Source: a virus (lineage: Duplodnaviria; Caudoviricetes). From it: a DNA stretch of 51,601 nucleotides. Location: positions 1 through 51,601 of IMG/VR virus record IMGVR_UViG_3300032265_000046, one strand, 5' to 3'. This document shows positions 45,365-51,601 of the stretch, piece by piece. Position numbers and translations under genes: made by a program. Under the pieces are notes generated by a model. It worked only from the letters and a program-made list of their open reading frames with translations, was not told the origin of the DNA and ran no database searches. How positions within the stretch are numbered: the first letter of the stretch is position 1; each line of letters opens with the position of its first letter.

Positions 45365-46279
45365 TTACACGCCGGGTGTGCCGTAAACGGCGCGTGGATC
45401 AGTAAAGCCCACTTGATAACGCTCAGTAGCCTTGTAGCGCATAGAGTCGGTCTCAAAATCACCTTCCATAGTTTTTTCGAGTTTGCGACGCATTAGCAAC
45501 TTCATGCCTTCTGGTGCATCAGTCTGTACCCAGAACGCTGTAGCGCTGGTTAAACGTGACAACACTGCCGCGCCTTCGTCCAATAGACCGATAGACTTAA
45601 CAGGGTTGATGTCGTTGTTACCAGTACCAGAGCGGAGAACAGACTTCAACAACACTTCGGCTTGGAAGACGTTGCTCGGAGCCACAATCAATTGACGTGG
45701 AACCAAACGAATCTTCTTACCGTTGTTGTCTACTGCTTGGCGAATCTGAATCAACATCTGCTCAAGCGATGTTTGGCTCAGGTTTGCGGCTGTGGTCAAC
45801 AAGTTGCTGAAAGTACCATTCACGATTGGGTGAGCGTTGGAGTTCAATTGAACGCCATCACCACCGGGGTACGCACTGTTAAACGCGCGGTTCAACACGT
45901 TTGCCGCCAAAGTCTCTTTGGTCTCAATCAAAGACTGAGCCAAGTGACGAGCGTAAACCTGACCGATACGGATATGGTCGCCATCTTCAACCAAAACTTT
46001 GGTCAACGCGAAGGCCAAGCCATACACGTTATACACATAGCGTTGCAAGAAGAGTACGCCACCTTGCTGATAGGACACTGGTGTTCCGTCAGGCAATTGA
46101 GGCGCGGCTCCAAATCCATAAAGGACTGGTTCTTCGTGGTAGTTACGGGGAATACCTTCTTGCTCACGGAAAACCCGTGACCATTCATCGGTACGTTGGT
46201 CATAGACTCCATCGAAGCATTCATTGAGGATAGGTTCAACGATGCTTCTAAAGTCCGTACTTCGCATTGGTGCGGCCAT
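45365..46279 (-). CDS. Major capsid protein (Mu gpT-like family, HK97 fold inferred)
   Basis: 304 aa; GFGAAP...G....Y, TKET.AANVLNRAF...GGDG..L...HP, GDFET.SMRYKATERY..GFTDPR..YG; strong SD and own terminator. Confidence 0.85.
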   Translation of the reverse strand: MAAPMRSTDFRSIVEPILNECFDGVYDQRTDEWSRVFREQEGIPRNYHEEPVLYGFGAAPQLPDGTPVSYQQGGVLFLQRYVYNVYGLAFALTKVLVEDGDHIRIGQVYARHLAQSLIETKETLAANVLNRAFNSAYPGGDGVQLNSNAHPIVNGTFSNLLTTAANLSQTSLEQMLIQIRQAVDNNGKKIRLVPRQLIVAPSNVFQAEVLLKSVLRSGTGNNDINPVKSIGLLDEGAAVLSRLTSATAFWVQTDAPEGMKLLMRRKLEKTMEGDFETDSMRYKATERYQVGFTDPRAVYGTPGV

Positions 46280-46291
46280 TATTTATTCTCC

Positions 46292-46864
46292 TTAGAATGC
46301 GTTAATGGTTGCAACGTATTGACTGCGAGAGACTTGTACTTGCACTACTGTGTAAGCATCACCCCAAGCATTGTCAACAGCAGGCGTGAGGTTAGTGATA
46401 CGCATATCACCAACAGCACCAGAGCCTACTAACGAAGTGGAAATCGTGCATTGAGACAAACCAGTGGTTGTGGAACCAGCAGAAATGTTTGTAAAGTTTG
46501 CTTGATCTCCGATGGACGTTTGTGCCAAAGAACCATCTGCCTGAATGTCGTAAACGATATTAGGATCAGAATAGTAATAAGTCACTTCAGAACCAGATTG
46601 GTATGCAGTAGATGCAATCCATTGGTTGCTGACAAGACGACGACCTGTTGAGTCGGTGTACTCGTGACCAGCGAAAGCACCTTGATAGGCACTACCAGCA
46701 GTAGCGGCGATGATGTTACCGCTAGTGTTGAGGGCTACAGGCTGACCTTTCAAAATGCCAGTGCTGTAACCAGAGGCGATACCGTTGGGCAGTGCGACGG
46801 CTCGATCCAGACCCGTAGGATGGAACGATGGGCGCATACCGAACGGAGCGTTTGATGAAGACAT
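46292..46864 (-). CDS. Capsid-associated (cement/decoration-like) protein
   Basis: NAPFG.RP...G.PV....G...F.G.EY.D..G; directly upstream of the capsid gene. Confidence 0.6.
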   Translation of the reverse strand: MSSSNAPFGMRPSFHPTGLDRAVALPNGIASGYSTGILKGQPVALNTSGNIIAATAGSAYQGAFAGHEYTDSTGRRLVSNQWIASTAYQSGSEVTYYYSDPNIVYDIQADGSLAQTSIGDQANFTNISAGSTTTGLSQCTISTSLVGSGAVGDMRITNLTPAVDNAWGDAYTVVQVQVSRSQYVATINAF

Positions 46865-46893
46865 AGTCTTACTCCTTGTTTGTTAAAACATTC

Positions 46894-47439
46894 CTACCCA
46901 GCGAAATGCGGAGCAGGTATCGGCTTATCAATGTTGTCCAAACCTTCGCCTTCTGTCTGACCCAGAGGTCTCCCTCGGCTATCACGTCCCACTTGTTGCT
47001 CTGCTTGTAAGCGAATCTTGTTCGCCTCTTCAAGCGGTGCTTCATGGTGAAAATGAGACATAACTTCTTGATACATATCCATAGGGATTTTGTACAAGAG
47101 CATCTCATTACACGCGATATAACCAGTTTGTTCGCCAGCCTTGACTCGGTAGTTATCAAAACCTTGCATCTCATCCGCTTTCACGGGTTGATAGCCAAGC
47201 CTGATTCTCTTGTCAATGCTGTCATACGCATTGGTTGTCGATAACCAGCAAAGATGCCATCCCTTCATTTCAGGGACATTGGGCAACGCGCTTTGTGTCC
47301 ACTCATCTTTCCACATCTTGCGACGTTCATCAGACGATACGAACTGATCTTCAGGTGCCTCTCGACTTTTATCAAGACTCGCGCGAGTTTCGCGTCCACC
47401 AGCAGACAAATTTTTCTTTAAACGAGAATCCATTTTCAA
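46894..47439 (-). CDS. Head-module hypothetical protein
   Basis: SALP..P...GWH.CW........R.GY.PVKA.E; between scaffold and capsid genes. Confidence 0.7.
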   Translation of the reverse strand: MKMDSRLKKNLSAGGRETRASLDKSREAPEDQFVSSDERRKMWKDEWTQSALPNVPEMKGWHLCWLSTTNAYDSIDKRIRLGYQPVKADEMQGFDNYRVKAGEQTGYIACNEMLLYKIPMDMYQEVMSHFHHEAPLEEANKIRLQAEQQVGRDSRGRPLGQTEGEGLDNIDKPIPAPHFAG

Positions 47440-48434
47440 CTCCTATTACCGTTGTTTTGACGTGCTTCTTTAGCATAACGAGCGACCATTCGCGCTCTCT
47501 TCTCGGGATCGTCCCACATACCCGCATCTTTCATAGCCCTAACCTGATCTGGGTTTAGGGTAAAGGTATTTCTACCACCACTACTCGACACTGCTTCGCG
47601 TCCCGAACTCGTCACAACATTACGGGGTCTCCGTTGAGTTGGTTTCTCATTCGCGTTATCAGTATAACGGTGTGGTAGGTACTTTTGCAAGCGATTGTCA
47701 AGTTCTTCCCAAAATTCTGCTGTTTGGGGTGAATAACCATCTTCTGCAAGAGCCGCGTCTATGGTTAAAGCAATCTTGGAATCAGAATCTTTGCCTCTAG
47801 GGTCATACCAAGAATTGTTTGACATCCATTGGTTAGCAAAATTCTGCACCGCAGGATCAGGCGCTTGAATTGTGGGTTGTGGGCGTTGTGAAGTGGCTTT
47901 TTTCTTGATATTCTCAAGAGCCTCTGCATTTCTACGCGCATCAAACCACATTTCCTGAGCATTCGTAGCCAAAGCACCGTTTCCAGTGGCAGTAGCCTCT
48001 TCCATTTTGGATTTAGCAAACTGAATCTTGGAATACTCGTTCTCAATTGCCTTATTTATTCGGGCAACCTCAGAACCGTGCGTCTTTTTCTCCAAAACTG
48101 CCATGCGCTCAAGCAATTCTTGGTTTTGGCGCTCCAAATGATTGATTTTTACGCTTTTCTCTTGCTCGACATTGCGGTGATACTCTTTGCGGGAGCGTCT
48201 TTTTTGACGTTTTGCCTCACGCATCGCTTCTGCATCAGCATCTACCTCACCACCAGATGCCATTTCTGCACGTCTGGCTCGATCATCAGCCTCGTCAGAG
48301 TCTTCGTGCTCTGAGTCTGCTTGTACGTCAGGGGATGGAATACTTTCTGGCAATTCAATCGTTGCGGAACCGTCCACCTCCTCTTGAATTGTGATTACTT
48401 CTGGCTTTTCAGCCGTAATTTGTTCGGTACTCAT
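47436..48434 (-). CDS. Putative scaffolding protein
   Basis: Acidic N-terminus, long coiled coil, W...N.WY, position in the head module. Confidence 0.65.
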   Translation of the reverse strand: MSTEQITAEKPEVITIQEEVDGSATIELPESIPSPDVQADSEHEDSDEADDRARRAEMASGGEVDADAEAMREAKRQKRRSRKEYHRNVEQEKSVKINHLERQNQELLERMAVLEKKTHGSEVARINKAIENEYSKIQFAKSKMEEATATGNGALATNAQEMWFDARRNAEALENIKKKATSQRPQPTIQAPDPAVQNFANQWMSNNSWYDPRGKDSDSKIALTIDAALAEDGYSPQTAEFWEELDNRLQKYLPHRYTDNANEKPTQRRPRNVVTSSGREAVSSSGGRNTFTLNPDQVRAMKDAGMWDDPEKRARMVARYAKEARQNNGNRS

Positions 48435-48853
48435 ATGAATGCCCTCACTTCAAGCGGATTACCTGTTACTTTAGCAATAACTTCGTGGTCATTCATAATC
48501 ATAAACTCCACTTGTTCGTCATCTCCGTGCTTGACAGTCCAGCGGTCGCCAGTCCATCGTGGTACGCGAAGAAAATCGCCTATTTCACACCAACTGCCCT
48601 CAACCCAAGGCTCCATTGAATCGCGCTTCTTGAACGCGAGGGGGCCAATCGCCACGACTCGACCAATTGGGTTTTGCGCCCGCTCGGTGTCTCGTGTTTC
48701 TTCAGGCAGGATAATTCCCGATTCGGTCATTCTTTTTTTGGCTATTCTCATTTGTACAAGTACACGAGCGCCTAATGGAATCGCACCGGGGTCTACAAGA
48801 GGAAACGACTCCTCTATATCAGCGGCATTACCCGCTACCGTGCTGTTACTCAT
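48431..48853 (-). CDS. groES: Phage-encoded GroES-like co-chaperonin
   Basis: PLGARVLV, TESGIILP mobile loop, GRVVAIGP, GD.., IMND.EVIA. Confidence 0.9.
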   Translation of the reverse strand: MSNSTVAGNAADIEESFPLVDPGAIPLGARVLVQMRIAKKRMTESGIILPEETRDTERAQNPIGRVVAIGPLAFKKRDSMEPWVEGSWCEIGDFLRVPRWTGDRWTVKHGDDEQVEFMIMNDHEVIAKVTGNPLEVRAFI

Positions 48854-49031
48854 CTTTATCTTCTTCCTTTAAAAGGTTATCTAGGATGTCAAGAGCCTCT
48901 ACAAGCCCTGCATAAGTACCGACCAACCTCTGATATGCCTCGTGGTTCTCACAGTTGCCCGCAACAACCGACTGAGCAATCTCGGTTTGACGCGCTTTTA
49001 CAGCGCCGATGAAGTCGGAAACGTATCTCAT
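48846..49031 (-). CDS. Small hypothetical protein
   Basis: G...N.E.YQRLVG.Y.GL..AL pattern between portal and groES. Confidence 0.7.
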   Translation of the reverse strand: MRYVSDFIGAVKARQTEIAQSVVAGNCENHEAYQRLVGTYAGLVEALDILDNLLKEEDKDE

Positions 49032-49207
49032 GCGTTGCGCTTGTCTACGCCCTTGTTTTGGGAGAAATTCCCATGATCACTGTTTGCCAAAGGTTGTGTC
49101 GCTGTACCCTTCTCTTTTAATTCACTGCCGTTAATCCATGCGCCAGCGGCGTTGCGTGCTTTTTGACGTACATCTTCCGATTGATACTCTTTAACTTTGT
49201 CGTCCAT
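49028..49207 (-). CDS. Small hypothetical protein (not in ORF track)
   Basis: MDDKVKEYQSEDVRQKAR..., 59 aa, AGGAG SD, ATGA overlap. Confidence 0.65.
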   Translation of the reverse strand: MDDKVKEYQSEDVRQKARNAAGAWINGSELKEKGTATQPLANSDHGNFSQNKGVDKRNA

Positions 49208-49208
49208 G

Positions 49209-51601
49209 TCATTCTCCTAAGTTGCGTTGCGTGGTTTGTTGCAGTTTCACAGCAGTCTGCTCCTGCTCTCTTTGCAGTTTTGCCTCTTCGACCGTTAGGT
49301 CTGCCGTCATCATCCGTTCTTTCGTAAGGTTGTTTTCGGCATTCATAGCAATACGAGTTTGCAAATCTTTGTTTTCGCGCTCCATACGCGCTTGCATTTC
49401 CTGCATCTTGATCTGATTGGTCGCTTGGTCTTGCGCCGCTCTTCTTTGCGTTTCCGCCATAGAAGCCTGCAACACAGCCTGAGCCTCGCCATCCATAGGC
49501 GGTGCCGGCGGCTTGAACTGTTGCATGACCTGACCCAATTGTTGGAGGGCGGGCATAACACCTTTGAAAACCTCAGCGGTATCCAACTTAACGTGGTCTG
49601 AAGCAATAGCCATAGCCTTGTCAATCTCTGGGGCTAGTTTGCTATCTTCATATTTGCCAAGTTTGAAGTTGGTTCCCGCAGTCACATATCCATTCATCTG
49701 ACCTGTATACCAAAGCATCATGTGTTGCTTAATGTGCTCTAGCGCCTGCGGTATGAACTTGGGCGCAATCAGGTTGTTTGATCCTAGCGTTGGGTCTAAG
49801 CCAAAGGTAAGGTGAGTTTGAATGTGCGCAAGATGGTCTTGGTTGGGATACGCAAAGGCAGACTTACCCAAAGACATCGCCGCGTTCTCATCCGCCGCGT
49901 TGAGTTCCGTAGGCTTGGATGCGTTGGGCAACAACTCCTGAATGTCAGGAATCTTTAACTGCTTGAGCATTCGACTCAGTACCGCCTTTTGGTCAAACAA
50001 CCCCGGGTTCGCAGACGACATCTGCAACACCGCCTGCATCTGAGCCATACGCTGGGTCTCAGAGAAGATGTGCGGGTCAGACACAGGGACAATGTCGCTG
50101 TTCTTTTTAAAGTCGTCACGGCTGATTGGCAATTCGGCAACGTCATCGCCCTTGCGCATATCGTCCAAGTACCAACGGTTGATGCGACCTAGCACGCCAA
50201 GCACTCGGCGCTGACTGTCATGCAATCGAGCGTGAATGGCGGAGAACACCGCGGCTCCCTGCTCAATCAATGCCTGCGTGGTTCCTACTGGGGTGTTGGC
50301 AGATGCGTCGCCAATCTTTTCCTCAGCGGTGGTGACCACGCCTTTGGCGGCGGTTGTCAGCCAACCAAGCAAAGAAAATAGCACTGGGCTGGGCGCGTTG
50401 AACGGCATGGGCATGGCAATAGAGCGGATGTCGTTCACGCCGGGGCCTGCCTCAATCTCCGTTACCTGCGTCACCTCAATGCTTTGCGATTGACCAGAAA
50501 CCTTTGCCCCCTTCAACTTCAGCATCGTTGCCGAGTTGTTGATGTGAGCGGTGTCCAACAAGGCACGCAGAGCGCCCGTCAGGGCGGCTGTTAAGCCTCC
50601 GATGAGTTGGGGTAGCCCGATAGCGTATGCGCCCCTCCAAGGGATAAATTTAAACTCAATGAGCCAATCTAACTTGGTCATCGTGTCGTCGCCCTCTTCC
50701 CAATTGCGGTACAGACCAAGCACTTTGTGCTCAAGGTCATCCAACATTAGGATGTAAGGAGCGAGTGCGCCCTTGGTTACAGGATCGTCTTCAAGTTCCA
50801 ACCATGTGTAAACGTGGTAGACCTTGCGCAGACCATCCTCGTTGTCACTCCAAGATTTACCTTCGATTTTGTCGTTGGCTTTCTCAGATGCCGTTTGCTC
50901 TGGTTCAGAAGTCGCACGGATAAAATCAATGTCACGGTACAAGCCAGCGTCAATACGGCGCTTAAACTCCATACCTGTGATGTCTTGCATCTCAGTTACG
51001 CGCTGGGCAGTGTAGAAGTTCACCGCGGCGTAGGGAAGCATTACGTTGTCAATAGGAACAAACTCAGCGCAGGGGCGCTTCTTTTGCTCGTCGTACCAGA
51101 GTTTCATGTACTGTGAGCCACCCAAAGGTAGTTGGGTAAGCAACTGCTCCTGCTCGTCGCGGAACTCTTCAATCTGCTCAGTCAACTGCCAGTTTGTCCA
51201 ATCACGCTTACGCTCGGCACGCTCGGTCTTCTCCTCAGAGGCTTCGCCCATGATTTTGGTGCGGACGGGGCCGTCTGGTGGAAACAATTCTTTAATAGCA
51301 CGAGCGGCAAAGTCCACGCAGGCTTCAGCCATAACAGGATGGACAACCTTGGATGCGCCTTGGAACTGAGCACCGCCGGGGCTGTCATTCCCCAAGCCCG
51401 TGCGCTTCAATCCCTCTTCGTACTGCTTGTCGCGGTTCTTTCGTGCTTCCTTGTCCTTCTCGATCAAGTCGATATAACGCATACCAACTTTATCTAGGTC
51501 GTATAGGTTTACCGCCTCTTCTGCTAGGTTCTCGTAGAAGTCTGCGTCTTCCTCGGGGCCTTTGTCCTCGCCCAAGCGAACAATTGCTGAACCATCTTCT
51601 A
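49209..51601 (-). CDS. Portal protein (main part; starts at 334 across the junction)
   Basis: F.GAS.VVHP.MAEACVDF.ARA.KELFP..GPV; LPLGGS..MK..YD; GL..LIGGL; PVGTT.ALIEQG; Gln-rich barrel-like C-terminus. Confidence 0.85.
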   Translation of the reverse strand, partial: EDGSAIVRLGEDKGPEEDADFYENLAEEAVNLYDLDKVGMRYIDLIEKDKEARKNRDKQYEEGLKRTGLGNDSPGGAQFQGASKVVHPVMAEACVDFAARAIKELFPPDGPVRTKIMGEASEEKTERAERKRDWTNWQLTEQIEEFRDEQEQLLTQLPLGGSQYMKLWYDEQKKRPCAEFVPIDNVMLPYAAVNFYTAQRVTEMQDITGMEFKRRIDAGLYRDIDFIRATSEPEQTASEKANDKIEGKSWSDNEDGLRKVYHVYTWLELEDDPVTKGALAPYILMLDDLEHKVLGLYRNWEEGDDTMTKLDWLIEFKFIPWRGAYAIGLPQLIGGLTAALTGALRALLDTAHINNSATMLKLKGAKVSGQSQSIEVTQVTEIEAGPGVNDIRSIAMPMPFNAPSPVLFSLLGWLTTAAKGVVTTAEEKIGDASANTPVGTTQALIEQGAAVFSAIHARLHDSQRRVLGVLGRINRWYLDDMRKGDDVAELPISRDDFKKNSDIVPVSDPHIFSETQRMAQMQAVLQMSSANPGLFDQKAVLSRMLKQLKIPDIQELLPNASKPTELNAADENAAMSLGKSAFAYPNQDHLAHIQTHLTFGLDPTLGSNNLIAPKFIPQALEHIKQHMMLWYTGQMNGYVTAGTNFKLGKYEDSKLAPEIDKAMAIASDHVKLDTAEVFKGVMPALQQLGQVMQQFKPPAPPMDGEAQAVLQASMAETQRRAAQDQATNQIKMQEMQARMERENKDLQTRIAMNAENNLTKERMMTADLTVEEAKLQREQEQTAVKLQQTTQRNLGE
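51386..51601. repeat. Right copy of terminal overlap
   Basis: Matches 1-216 at 206/216 positions. Confidence 0.95.

Noticed and set aside
585-51497. Numerous plus-strand ORFs opposite the structural and packaging genes
   Set aside because: These are antisense shadows of long minus-strand genes, without SDs or recognisable motifs.
51386-51601. True physical direct terminal repeat
   Set aside because: It falls mid-portal and differs only at third codon positions, consistent with an assembly overlap of strain variants.

Overview
The window is an essentially complete, circularly permuted tailed dsDNA phage genome. Its unit length is 51,385 bp, and bases 1-216 recur at 51386-51601 with 10 mismatches. 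Gene content suggests a podovirus-like virion, with no tail tube, sheath or tape measure recognised. One long minus-strand arm runs: Cro-like HTH, DUF1376-type replication initiator, RusA, small early genes (Ref-like nuclease, stand-alone sigma70 region 4 protein), structured intergenic element, TerS, TerL, a 1362-aa multi-module protein, portal, GroES, scaffold, major capsid, basic internal proteins, adaptor, fibres, lysis genes, tail nozzle and ejection-type proteins. A short plus-strand arm carries an SSB-like protein and a PD-(D/E)XK exonuclease. No integrase, CI, DNA polymerase, helicase, reverse transcriptase, tRNA or CRISPR array was recognised. A freshwater betaproteobacterial host is only a guess from overall resemblance. 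Most interesting signals: (1) a recurring [FYML]-[AKR]-x-G-G peptide motif punctuating several virion-region proteins at module boundaries; (2) a candidate -1 frameshift in the motif-rich basic protein, where both products end in a GG motif plus Cys; (3) a ~270-nt multibranched candidate ncRNA at the early/late junction; (4) a triplicated promoter/operator/covarying-hairpin/RBS cassette; (5) a late-transcript 3' end with 17-nt perfect complementarity to an early gene's RBS. All family calls come from motif recognition by eye, not database searches.
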